From: Phoronis australis
Lineage: Eukaryota > Animalia > Phoronida
Assembly: GCA_002633005.1 (NCBI GenBank)
Contig: NMRA01000301.1
Span: forward strand, 248,001-312,000
Reading direction: 5' to 3'
DNA length: 64,000 nt
Shown: positions 46,477-59,200 of the stretch, piece by piece
Layout of the letters: each line of letters begins with the position of its first letter
Position numbering within the stretch: the first letter of the stretch is position 1
Made by a program: the position numbers and the translations under genes
Notes under the pieces: model-generated
Seen by the model: the letters and a program-made list of their open reading frames with translations, nothing else
What the model was told of the DNA's origin: nothing
Database searches by the model: none

Positions 46477-47982
46477 CACAAACCAATTTGACTTCGCCAA
46501 ACTACTCCTTCCCTCCTTTGACTGCCACCATTTCCGCCCCCCCCCCCCCNCATATTTGTATCGACCACCCCTCTTACTACCGACATGTGGGTGGGGGGCA
46601 ATCCCGAGGATGCAGCCATCGGGTTTTGAGTAGCCGTGAACCAACAAAGTTTCACGGAGAGTAAGAACGGGCCTAAGGTCAGCGCACTGATGGGTAGCTG
46701 GGAGCTGCCAAGGGCGGATACAAGATTTTGAGTTGGGGGGAAGGGCAGAGTATTAGGAAGGACCTTGCCCGTCAGACATTTGCAACCCTGAACTGCCAAA
46801 TGGAATCTGAAAGAATTTTAGGGGGGCCTGGCCCTCTTGCCCCCCCCTCGCCCCCCTAAATCCGCCAATGGCCACTGGCTGCCTCAAGTAACTGTAGCTG
46901 AAATTCATTGTGCGATACTATTGGAAACTAAAAACATCAAGTGCAAAGATAACCTTTCCAAGTTAATGAGCAATGAGTTTAACTTTTTTTATTTAAACTT
47001 CTTTTTCGAGCCACGGTTTAATTTAAACCACTAATCTAGTTCCTAGGTCAATAATCAATGTATCGTCATTTGAATTGTGAGAACATTTTGTAGAGATGTC
47101 CGACATTCATCAATGTCCTTGAGGCTTATTTCAGATAGACAAAAATCGTTTAATGAACTTCGCTATTTGGGGATCTGATGATAGGTCGAATTTTCCCAGT
47201 GTCAGCCTGCAAGTTAGTTCAGTGAAGCATCGTCATTTCTTACAAGATTAATAGCGTCTAATGGGCAAGACATCGTTTATCAATCAGTCGATTTTCGTAG
47301 CTACATAAACATGTAAATCAGAAATCAATAATCGCGATTCTATGACCTAATGAGTTTACCTTGATTTGACTTTCCTTTTTGATCCCATTTGAGTTTAAAC
47401 GACAAATCTTGTACCTAAGTCAAAAAGCAATGCATTGTCATTTGAGTTGTGAGTTTGTTTTTGGGAATTGTCTGAATTTCATCAATGTCTGAGAGTAATT
47501 TTTGATAGGCAAAAAATCATGTAAGTGTACTTTACTATTTGAGAATCGGATTATAGAGTTTCCAACTTCAGGCTGCAAGTAAATTCATCGAAACATCACC
47601 AATTCTTACAAAATTAGCTTCTGAATTGTCAAAAATCATCTACGAATCTGTCGATTTTTCGTAGATACAAAAACATGTAAATCAGAAACCAACGAATTTG
47701 TTTATCAAAACGGAGTGTTATATACAATTTCCGCAGGCATGCTCGCACATTTTTGACGCAGTTAACCGAGGAAGCATGGGAGATGGGGCATTCGCATTAA
47801 AGTGTATTTTTATTCATTTCAAGGGTATCTATAACAGTTCACAAATTGAAGTTCAAGTCAAAAAAAAAACGCTGAAACGTTTTAACATGATTGCGAGTAC
47901 TTTGTGTACCCCTGTTCGACATGTAGGCCTACACGGTCACAAATCGTAGCCCCGACAGTCTTTTCGTTATATGCGAATTCCT
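46477..47982 (+). repeat. Left arm of the inverted repeat pair around H1 (interrupted by a MITE and a ~370-bp internal duplication)
   Basis: 46477-46708 matches the reverse complement of 52682-52921. 47620-47982 matches the reverse complement of 52306-52670. Confidence 0.85.
46709..46870 (+). mobile_element. hAT-like MITE nested in the left inverted arm
   Basis: Ends CAAGGGCGGATAC / AAATCCGCCAATG, homologous to 16488-16610. Confidence 0.7.
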
Positions 47983-50179
47983 AACACAAACAACTCCTAG
48001 TAACGATTTACAAAAGAATACTATTCTTATGATACTATGGGAAAAGGTAACATTATTTTACAATTTACCATCGGACTCTACAAGAAGTGACCTTCCTCAA
48101 CATGAAAGCCACGGTTGTACGAATTCACAGTTTAAAAACAGGAACATAGAGGTAAGTCGATTCCCCATACATGTTGGGGCCTCCCCGCTCCGTGACTGAG
48201 CGTCCCTCAGAACGCCGGTGTCAATAACTTGAAAAACACGGAAACGGGACGGTGGCTAACTGAATGTCAACAATGGCCCGTATACGGTTACAAGCCTTGC
48301 TGGAAAAGTCATTGACGTGAGCAATCGCGTGCTCCGTTGGCACGGTCATGGGCAACTCATCCATTCAGCTAGTTCATACCAGAAACTGAAGCGAAACCCG
48401 GCCGGGCGCCGGCGGGCCCGCTCGGTTGCTATGACCTCAGTCAATAATTAATTAAAATGTACGTGTGCGGATGTCATTGCGGTGGGGAAATTCTCTGAGA
48501 AATGTGAAATGCTGTAAAAATCGGGCAACTATATAGTATAAGCCGCCTTTACGCTCACATTGAGCTCGCGAATTCCTGTTCAGATAAACAGTGAGATCGA
48601 CCCGATCATCTGACAGAAGAGTTCAGATTTTGGTTCACGTTGTTCGATCGTTTCATCGTATATTCGCAAGTTTCTGCATGCTGATCGAGATCATGTTCTT
48701 TTTGAAATGGATAGGAAATTTGCCAAGCCTTTCGTGGGTGCAACATGAGCTCAGTAAACCGCTCGGTTTGCCAGCATATTAAAATTGCCCAAACTGACCT
48801 ATATTGCGGCCCTGACCTCGTTACGTGTTTTTCCGCTGACAGTCGTCATTTATTTTGTGATGAGTTCTCGGCAGTCGTGCTGCAGGTGCATAGAGGACTG
48901 TTGGATTGCCTTTGACAACTGAGCAACTAAAATACTACCCAGCCTTAAGGCTTACTGACACCCGCGGCCAGTCCTGCCAGCTAGTCCACGTATAACGTAC
49001 GTCGACTGAGCTGCGTCAGTGCATCCGGAGGTTCCGGAGGTCAATGTTAGTGGGCTAGGTCAGATTAGTCGTGGTTCCAATTAAAAAATTACTTGTGCAA
49101 TTAGTGATATCTAGTTCTCTGAAAATTCCTCGCTTGAAATTGTTGAAGTCCTGTAAATGACAAGTGAACCGTCCAGCGGCTTACAAACTCAGCTGACATT
49201 TTTTTTTATACACTGAGCCAACCCGGCCGACTTCGGCCGGGATGAAGGGCAATTACAACGACGAGTTTTGTCCGTAGTATGTGTGACAAAAGCTGCTCAG
49301 ACGATTAACTAAATTTAATTCAACCTCATCCACAGCGCACATAAGTGTTTTTCAACCAGTGTTAATTTCTGTGGAAGAATAATAATACTTTTTGAAGTTA
49401 AAAAAGGTTCCGACCTGCACGCCACTGTGGCCTCGGGTCCGTCAGCGCAGCCGGCAGACTTACGTTGGCAGTGCTTTGTTTGATGCGTTGTGCTGCTGAG
49501 ATTTGTTTGAGTTAGGTTTCTGCAACAGAGGTTAAGGATCACGCACGCGTCTCTACGTAGTGTTTAATAAATCAATGTAACATTTTCGTGTTTTGAAAGT
49601 GTTTCCTCCTCGCAGTCTTACAAGCGCAATTCGTGTTGATTGCAAATGGCCGACTCCCGAGACTTTTGTGTTAGTGCGTTTAATTCGCACAGTGAATAAG
49701 GATCCCACTAATCTCCAAAACACGTCGGAACTGTGGATAATCCATAGTCAGAAGATTGAATTTCAACTTTGCCTACCTTTTTCTTGACGTTATGCCCGCT
49801 ATCATAAAACGTTTTAACTCTAGATGTATTTTGTCAAGATTTGCTCTCAATAAATTGAACTTTAAATGTCAGTTGCTACTTCATTGCACAGAAGCTACTT
49901 ATAAATTCTGGTGCAATGCGTAGAAAGATTCTTTTTTACTTTATTTATATGCACTGTCAGTTAACAATTGTGCAGTGACGTGTTCAATTTTATTCCCAAA
50001 GTGGCACAACAAGCACAGGTCCGTCCACCAAGACGCCATTTTTCGGATTTAACCTGCATGCTTAACAGTGCTTTCTTATAGGTCGGCGCTTTGGTTTCAA
50101 ATATACGTAAACACGAGCTATCGGTATTCATTCTCTGTCCACTGTTTACGAAGTGTTACTGACACTACAATCTGCTATC

Positions 50180-51030
50180 ATGTCTGACGCAGCGCCAGCC
50201 GCCCCAAAGGTTAAGAAAGCGAGCAAGCCGAAGGCACCAGCCGCACACCCATCATTCAATGACATGGTCATAGCCGCGATTAAGGCTTTAAAGGAGAGGA
50301 ACGGGTCTTCTCGACAGGCTATAATCAAGTATATCCAGGCCAACTACAAGGTCGGTGACAACTGTGGCAACATGGTGAAAAGTGCTCTGAAAAGACTGGT
50401 CGCTAAGGGTGATCTCAAGCAACCCAAGGGAACTGGGGCCAGCGGCTCTTTTAAAGTTGGTAAGTATTTTTGCGTAATCTTGAATTTATCTGGAAGTGAT
50501 TGAGAATGAAAACCAGTGTCTTCACCAACTGAGAAATGAGCGTCATTGGAAGTAATTGGTTGCCAGTCGACAAATTACTTCAGTGCCACCATGTGATTCT
50601 CGTGCATTTTAAATTGTAAATTCTGTTTTTGACTGGCCGTTTTTCAATGTTTTTCGTCATCCAGACGTGCACGAACAGCGTCTCAGAAGTGCATGCTTAG
50701 CTTACATTGCGACTATTAAGGATTGTGTGGAAGTCAAGTCATTATGGGTAAATTGTTTTTTTTTCAGGTGAGAAACCCAAAGCTCCCAAGAAGAAGCCAG
50801 CTAAGAAACCTGCTGCCAAAAAGCCCTCCAAGAAACCTAAAGTGGCTAAGAAGCCTGCAGCTAAGAAAGCCTCCAAATCGCCCAAGAAGTCTGTCAAACC
50901 CAAAAAGTCTGCTAAATCACCCAAAAAGTCTAAGCCTGCTGCCGCCAAGAAAGCTAAGCCTGCAAAGAAGCCTGCCGCCAAAAAGGCCGCGAAGAAGCCA
51001 GCAGCAAAGAAGCCTGCAGCCAAGAAGTAA
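50180..51030 (+). CDS. Linker histone H1, replication-independent type (H1.0/H1-delta-like), 2 exons, 180 aa
   Basis: Exon 1 50180-50459 encodes the globular winged-helix domain ([37 protein letters not shown]...[11 protein letters not shown]), donor g|gtaagt. Exon 2 50768-51030 encodes the K/A/P-rich tail with two SPKK sites. AATAAA at 51122-51127. No histone stem-loop seen. Confidence 0.95.
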
Positions 51031-51121
51031 ATTTGAACCGAATTGCCTTAAGTCTGACTCATTGTAAATACTCATTTATGCCGACCATCTGTCATGTTCT
51101 ATTTGTAGATTAGATCAAGAC

Positions 51122-51127
51122 AATAAA
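51122..51127 (+). promoter_or_regulatory. H1 polyadenylation signal
   Basis: AATAAA about 90 nt after the TAA, followed by a T/GT-rich tract. Confidence 0.7.
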
Positions 51128-52305
51128 TATCATTATTTATAGAAGTTTGTTTAAGTTATTATTTGATAAATGCCACAACAACCATTGTCAACTGTAGCTT
51201 TTGCATCTTTGCGCACGAACACTACTAGCACATATAGTGTACAACTTCCACTTCGCAACTGTTATGGATTGTGAGTGCAAACGGTCACTTGACGCTGAAA
51301 GTTGCTTTCACCCGAGACTCTGTTACCACCGTGTCAGTTGTCACGGCGCGACTTGCTTTAGTGAATGAACACGCACTTTCCAAATCTTCTCATGCGAGTT
51401 TGGACGATATGCGGCGTTGAGTTTATTGTCGACATTTAAAGACTATATTCTGGCAAGTTACGCTATGGTAAATAATAACTTTTTCATTCCCAAGTTAATT
51501 TTGTATTTATATTAGTGAAATAGCTTTTAAATGAGTAATTATTTCGGTTCACAATATTCTTTTTTAACCCAGAAAAGGTGCAAAAGTTATTGAAAATACA
51601 CCTGATGGTGTACCGTTTGTACCTTAATTAAGGTGCTCAATTCCATATCATATGGCTAGCGGACCATTTCTGCTTTTGACAACTTCCTCTGCGCCCTCAC
51701 CAAACTGCTAGATGATATCTGGGAGAATTTTAGGAGAGGGCATGGCCCCCTTGGCCTTACCCCCCCCCCCCCCTTTAAGTGGTCTTATTTAGGTCTGTCA
51801 GGGCGGACCAAGATTGTGTCGTGTCCGTGGAACTGCAGTGTGAGTAGGGACATGCATGCCGGTACATGGGCTAAAAAGGCTTTCACTTTGTAATCGCTGG
51901 GTCGATTTTGATGAAAGGGGTTCCCAATTGTTACACTCTTTCCATTGATATCCGAATTTCTGTGTCGGTGTAGAGAAATATGCAAACAGTAATTTAGATG
52001 CTTCGCGGATTGTCATCGATTTGTATCCGCATATTAGTGGGTGCAAGTCATTGAATGTTTAAGCACGTCAGCTTAAGACATTTACCCATCAAATGCTGTG
52101 CTGATTGCAGGGCCGTAGGAGGCGGGGGGACACGGGTCCCTCCCAAAAAATTTCAGGCGTCAGGGTTAAACCGTGGCAACCGACATACGCGTGGGGCGGG
52201 ACAGTCGAGAAAAGGAAGAGCGGGTAAGAGAGAAAATTCAAGAGAACATACATATGTAGCAATAACTCTGTATCAGTGCATAGTTTACCTTTTGAGGACC
52301 CTGTA

Positions 52306-52921
52306 AGGAATTCCAAAACACTGCTGTCGAGGCTACCATTGGGGTGCCCGTGTACATGTCGAACGAGTGTACCAAAATATTTGCAATAATAAACAAATTA
52401 AACAAATATGTCAGCGTTTTTTTTTGTTTTGTTTTTTTGAGGTCAAATTAAACTCGTGAACCTCGGAAAGAGCAAAAATACACCTTATTATGAACGCCCA
52501 ATCTCCCATTTCCCCCGGTTACCCGTCAAAAATCTGCGCGCATGCCTGCGGAAATTGCTAACTTATAATATTCCATTTTGATCAACAAATTCATTGGTTT
52601 CTGATTTACATGTTTATGTATCTACGATAGCCGACAGGTTACTAGATGATTTTTTCGCAATTAGTTCAGGCAATTAGTTCAGGCAGCTCCCAGCTACCCG
52701 TCAGAGCGCTCGGGGCCTATATAGACCCATTCTTACTCTCCGTGAATCTTTGTTCAATTTGTTCATCCTGATGACTGCATCCCCGGTATTTTTATACACC
52801 CACCTAGTATAGCGGACGTGAGGGGTGGGGTTCGGTACAAATATGGTGACATCCAGAGAACGGGGGGAGGGGGTTACGATAGCAAGGGGGTAGGTTGGCG
52901 AATTAGTCAAATTGGTTTGTG
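52306..52921 (-). repeat. Right arm of the inverted repeat pair around H1
   Basis: Shared blocks include CACAAACCAATTTGAC, TTCACGGAGAGTAAGAA, GGGTAGCTGGGAGCTGCC, AAACATGTAAATCAGAAACCAA and CAATTTCCGCAGGCATGC. Confidence 0.85.
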
Positions 52922-53157
52922 TGCGGGCCTGGATTGCCAATGTTCTGTCGAATTTTCTGAAGTTGAACTTACGCTTTCTGTTGTTTAAAAGTCATTTATT
53001 GATTTTTTAAAAGTTGAATTCACGTATTGTTTAAAAAAGTTCACGGAAAATTTGCCGGAGTCTAAGAATGCACCTCTAGATCAAGGCCAATCGCCACCTG
53101 GTGACTGCTTCCAACATCTTCGAAATGCAGCTCAGCTTTGCGCATGCGTGAATAAAA

Positions 53158-53216
53158 ATGGCGACCACCATAACTGAACTGGGTCCCGGTGGTTTTGTCT
53201 TTGAAAACTGTCAAAG
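53158..53216 (+). CDS. PSMB7: PSMB7 exon 1
   Basis: [19 protein letters not shown]+AG|gtttgt. NRF1-like TGCGCATGCG at 53139 and YY1-like AAAATGGCG over the ATG. Confidence 0.92.
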
Positions 53217-56200
53217 GTTTGTTTCTTGTTCTCGTTTGTGGTAGTTGGTGATGCTTAGTGGCTTTTTAAAGCATGATACATCCCATATTTGTCATGATTT
53301 ATTTAGTCATTTGGGATAGTCATCAAAATTTGTCACGTCAGTTGCTGTGAAACTCGGCCGAGGCAGTGACAAGGCAAAATATGTAGGGTCGGGGACATTT
53401 TTTATTTTTTTTACAATGCCCATGTGTCATACATTTTTAAAAGCCCTTGGTGTAAGAAATGAAATGGTGCAAAAATCATAATAATTGGGTCAGCGGTTAC
53501 CGAGAAAATGGCCGTTGAAACGCAACCATTTTGCATAAAATATCTGCTTTTTACATACAGTAATTTTGTAAAAAATAAGAGAATAACATGTTCTGCATAT
53601 CAAAAGATTCGTCTCATTGAGACGAACATGGTGGTGTGTATTTTATATTGGATGGATTTCTACAGAGATATTGCTGTTTAAGTCACAGGCATCCTCAACT
53701 TCAGGGCACTCGTCGGACATAGCGGTCCCACTTTAAACCACATTAACTTCTTTAATTTTCAACCTAGGATCATGATTTTAGTATCCATGTGTTCACAAGA
53801 CGTATAGAAATTGACCTGTTCTGTTAATGTTGCTATACCTTCATCATATCTTTGATTAATTGACTTTGAAGTTAGTTCTTATGCTGATTTTGTCACCAGT
53901 CGGTTACCGGTAAAGTGACGTCATGGGAATGCCTGACACCTACCGGCGATTGTGTGTATTCATTTACAGGGTAAGGAAATGTTTGATCCTTTGCAGTGTT
54001 GACGAATTTTTTCCCAGAGGCAAGTAAAGCTGTCTTGTTTTTAACTTTTGATACACATTCCTTTAAATATGAGTATTGAAGGATCATTCCAGTTGTAAAG
54101 TAGTTCATACTGATGATGATGGCTATCGCACAGTGTATTGTAGAAATTTTATTTGAGTAGTATGGACTACAGATTTACAGATTTTTTACTAATAAAAGCC
54201 TAACATCGAACATTCGAACTTAAATTTGCACTTGACAGTGTATTACCTCAGAGGGGATGTTTTAACCATCCACAAAAGTTTGTAAAACGGGTTTGTGAAA
54301 GCGTATATAAACGCAAACTAACGTAGCCTGCTGGCTGTAAAAAATCGAACGACGCCAATGCCTAAATGTGTTGCGAAATCAATGTGCGCAAGAAAACAAA
54401 GTTCTGCACAACTTGCATTATAAATCTGATGGTATCGTTAACGTTTTTAAGACATTGCTGTTCTTCGTAACAATTTTTTCTGAAGTTCAATTGTAGACAG
54501 GTTGGAATATGCATCCTAACGCGCTTTGCTTTTTTAAAGACAGCTATTCAGCCTGAAATAAAATGATGACAAATGTTCATGAGAGAGCGAGTGCGTCCTA
54601 TTCCAACATTTTTCGGGTTCGTACTTCATCCGTATGTCATAGGGGTATTATGAAATGTTGATTTCCATGCAGCACGCCTATGAAATCTCCGAAGAGGGTG
54701 CCAGTCGGCAGTGAGTCATTGTAAATGTCATCTTAAACTTTTGGGAGTTTTCGGAAGTAAAATGGAGCGGTCTTAAAAGCCAAAAGTATGAAACCCTTTT
54801 ACTACTCAGTACATATCTTGCATGGTGATGATTTTTTAATGCTGCAGATAAGTAAAAGGAAACTGATGAACCGAGCTTCGTAATTTTTCGGTCACACGAA
54901 CCTTCCCACCAAGTTGGACGACTTTGCGGGATGGGCTGACGGTTTGGCGCCAGCCAAGCGTCGGTGTCAAAAACCACTCAATCGTTTATACTGTTCTGAT
55001 GAAAATGGCATGATTGTGCTAGGTTTCCGTTAAAGTATGACAAATATTGTCCTCCCGGCGACAACATAATATGCCAAGTGCGACAATATCTATATCGGCA
55101 CACATGCTTGTGATACAACTGAGCCGGTGGAATCGGCCGAACATTATTCGATGTGTAACCAAGGCAAACATGAATGGAATATGATGCTTGTCAACACTTG
55201 GTTTAGGTGGGTGCAATGGAATGTCCGGTGAACAAAGTGACCATACCTTATGATGACATAGATAAGAGGCAAAAGATGGCGTCGGTGTAAATATCCGTGA
55301 AGCATCACCGGTCATGTCACTCTGAGCAAATAGTTTTAGAACAATTATGATAGAGTATACAATTTTAACTAACAAGGTGATTGGGGGTGAATTTTTATTT
55401 TGGCACGGCTCATCGGAGTATGTACAATTCTTCGAGACCGATTCTTCATCAGGACTTGACGAAGTGGGAAAAAGCACTTACTGCGGTAAATGTTTTAGTT
55501 CAATGGAAAATGACATGACATTTTTAACCATCAAATTGCCAAAACTTTAAATTTCAGAATAAGTGTTCGACGGTCAAAAACGCCGCGTAAGTAGGTGGTC
55601 TTTGCCGGATAGTTCGAAAAACTTTTGAAGTTTTGTGGCCACCATTGATTCCCGTAGGAAAGGTTCAAATGCCAGCAAAATGATCACGAGTTCTGCCACT
55701 GCTATCAGCACTGTGAGAGTGGTTTAAAAATGCAACGAAAGTCACTCTTTTCGAAGATAACCAGTAAAATATGAATATTCATAAAAGACATGACACCTGA
55801 AAGTTGTGAGACACCCATTTCAAGTACATGCACCTATGACTATAAATTACAAGATACTCTACACGTGAGTACCATTTTCAAAATGTCTCTTGCTGAAATA
55901 GCAGAGTTAGCGTGTGACGAAGATGCAGCGCTTCAGTTTCTGAGGGCTCACTACGCCATCAGACGCCAGCCACCCCAACGTAGGGTGTGCCCTTGTTTGA
56001 TGATCGAAGTGCGTGATAGCTCAGGAAGAGGTGGGAATATCTGGCACTGCCCGAGGCACAAGGCTCAGAAGATGTCACTGCGAGACTACTCCTCTTGGTC
56101 CGAGTCCAGATTGACACTGCAGCTATTGATACAGCTTTTCTGGGCGTGGGCATTCAAGCAACCGATAGCACTTGCCGAGGAGATTCTAGGAATAGACTGG

Positions 56201-59200
56201 AGAGTGGTAACGACTTGGAAGGGCTATCTCCAAAACGCATGCTCCACCCAACTCGTGAACAACCCCATACGGATTGGTGGCCACGGAGTCGTGCAAATTG
56301 ACGATTCGTTGATGGCAAGAAGAAAGAACAACGTGGCCCATGTGGTTTAGCAACGATGGGTGTTTGGAGGATACTGCAACGCACAGGACGTTGGATTTCG
56401 GCAGTTTGTGCTGAACAGGAACACCAATACACTTCCCCCATCATACAAAGTTCATCTTGGTCGGCTCCGTCATCCACAGCGACATGTGGGCTAACTACAA
56501 CGGTATCGCCTACCTCCCCATTGTGCCGCCGTACACACACCAGACAGTCAACCATACCATAAACTTCATTGATCCACAGACTGGCACACACACCAACCAT
56601 GTCGAGTGTTACTGGAAGAATGTGAAGATGAGGTTCAAGAGCATGTGTGGTGTCCTCCCTGACATGGATGCGCATTTTAACGAGTTCATGTGGCGGGAAC
56701 TTTATGCGGGCAACAGCGGTCAACAATAGTCGACCACATAGCACTGTGGTACCCCACTCCTTGAGTACCAAAAACCCAACAGCCCTTTTGAGGGCCACTC
56801 ACTACTTCCCAAATGGGCTGTTTCACTTGGAAGTTCTCTGCGCCTGAACATGACGTATACTTAACAAAATTAAATTATCTGTATAATTACTGTTTTACAA
56901 TAAAAATGTATACCATTACTAGACTTACACTGTAATTGGTACAATGCTAACATAACAATTAATAATTAAGTTAGAATCGCGAACGAAATTCATTTTGCTT
57001 TCAGGCACCACACGGGGTTTGACTGCACCAACACGGTTCAAGTTCTAACTTTCCGCGCTTGAATGAAACGTGACAAACGACACCAGTCTCACTTGGTTCT
57101 CGAAACACTTTGAATCACGCAATTATAAATGAGTTCAGCATAGTTGCACAAAGCGACGAGATAAATGCGGATTTTCCTTCCATGCTTCTTGACATTGTGA
57201 CGCATCGTTTCCTAACCCTGTAAATGAATACACACAATCGCCAGTAGGTGTCAGGCATTCCCATGATGTCACTGTACGGGTAACCGACTGGTGACAAAGT
57301 CGGCAAAAGAACTCTAACTTCAAAGTAATAAAAAATTAGATGGAGGTATGGCAAAATCAACTGCACAGATCAATTTCTATATGTCTTGTGAACATGTGGG
57401 TACTAAAATCATGATTCTAGGTTGAAAATTGAAGAAGTTATGGTGGTTTAAAGTGGGTCCGCTATGTCCGACGAGTGCCCAGCTTCTGATCGTCCACAAT
57501 AAACTATATATATACTACAAGGTATGACACTCGGGACTAGAAATTTCATGGTGCTTCACTTCAGCTGTCCATAGCAAACACAAAACTCAATAAATTTTCA
57601 AAAAATAGGTTCAACAGACCATGACGAATTGTTCTTTCTGCCAATACCATTTACAATGTCCAGCTCCACCGATTTCGCAACAAATTCGCGGTCAAAGCAC
57701 AAAAATCTTCCCAAAATGTTGCTACGTACCAGCAATATGCTACATGGAAATTGCCTAATGGAACAGGAGCATCAGCACCATGTTTGATGAAAACAATGGA
57801 TTACACAGCTTAAAAGGAAAAGAGCAAAGACAACACATCAGCTTAGAAATAAATACACCTGAGCTAGGAGGAAATTTGACATCATACCACAAGATAACAT
57901 TGGTGGATTTGGGGGGGGGGCAAGGGCCCAAGNCCCCCCCCCCAACTAAGAATCCTGGATCTGCCCCTGAGTACTACTACATGGGCAGCACGTCATAGCC
58001 TGATAGGGGGCTGGGGGAGGCTATAGCTCCCCCACTTTATTCAGTGCTGCAGCGCCACCCATGTACTATTAGATCGTATCAGGGCAAAAACATCTGAAAG
58101 TAGGCAAAAGACCATTTGAGAAAACAAATCGCTCTTTACACCGTTGTCTTGAAAAGCAGACAAAGCCACCACAGACACTCGAATCTCATCAAACTTCCTG
58201 CCATCTAGAGATTCGCTCGCTCGCCTATGTAGGAGACACTGTTCGAATGTGTTCTTTTTCGAGCATCTGCGGATTAACAAGATCGACAGTGGCAACAAAA
58301 GTTGACTGGCGCTGTGCGCTCTTTGCTTTTGTTGCTGTTCTGTTTGGGAGTTTTTGTTGACCCCTTTTGCAAGTGTAGGAATGGCATTGTCTTAAACTGA
58401 GGTCGGGTTTGGAGAGTTGAGCAACGAAATATTGACGTCATCCTTCATTTGCATATTCACAATTTAATGAGACATAGTAGTTGTAACAATTTAAGGACTC
58501 TATTTTGTTTGCCAGGTTCCATTTGGAGAGTTTATGTTATCTATAAACTTGTGTTGAACTTTCCCTGAATTGTGAAACGTCACTTTGTTCCAGGTGAGTC
58601 TCAAACTCAGGAACTGACAATTCATAGCCGGGCACCTCAACAAGTTGGCCAAAGACAAAATGTCTGAGTGATTAAGAGAGGCTGTTATAGTACTGCATTT
58701 AAGTACTGCAGTAACAAATTTCCTTAATCATAAAACAAGTCGTCTGTTCCTTACGCCTGAAATGTGAAATGACTCATCGTTTGTCTAAACCTCTTCAGTT
58801 TAGAATTGGCGGGGCAGTGCACTTTTATTTCAGGAAATGAAAACTGGAAATTTTTGAGCTATGTAACCCCGAGTTTTTGAAATATGGGATAATGGATTTT
58901 TTTGTACTTTCTTATTTTCGGAAATAGAAGACTTTTGTCTCTACCTTTCAAGGATGACATAAGAACCTTGAATAAGTTTGTTTTATTCCAGAAATCACAT
59001 CCTTGAAGAGAAAGGGTTTAAAGCTCCGACTGCTTACAAGACTGGCACTACCATTGTTGGTGTCATATACAAGGTGAGTTTGTGTTGGTCAGTTGTACTA
59101 CATGTGTGTTGATCAATTGTGCAGTTATAATTTGCCAAGTCTTTTCAGGGGTCCGTTCCATGAAACGTCTGTCTTAATGTAGACCGAAATCAGGCTTAAA

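Noticed and set aside
50723-51067. Alternative-frame and antisense ORFs over H1 exon 2 (likewise 803-1369 over the RS exon)
   Set aside because: Shadow ORFs of low-complexity coding sequence.
51031-51120. Histone 3' stem-loop
   Set aside because: No GGYYYTTYTNAGRRCC-type hairpin after the stop codon.
46436-52955. TSD defining the H1 cassette as a single transposon
   Set aside because: The candidate outer flanks (CAGCTGGT versus TCGAATTT) do not match, so it is reported only as a hypothesis and not as a mobile-element feature.
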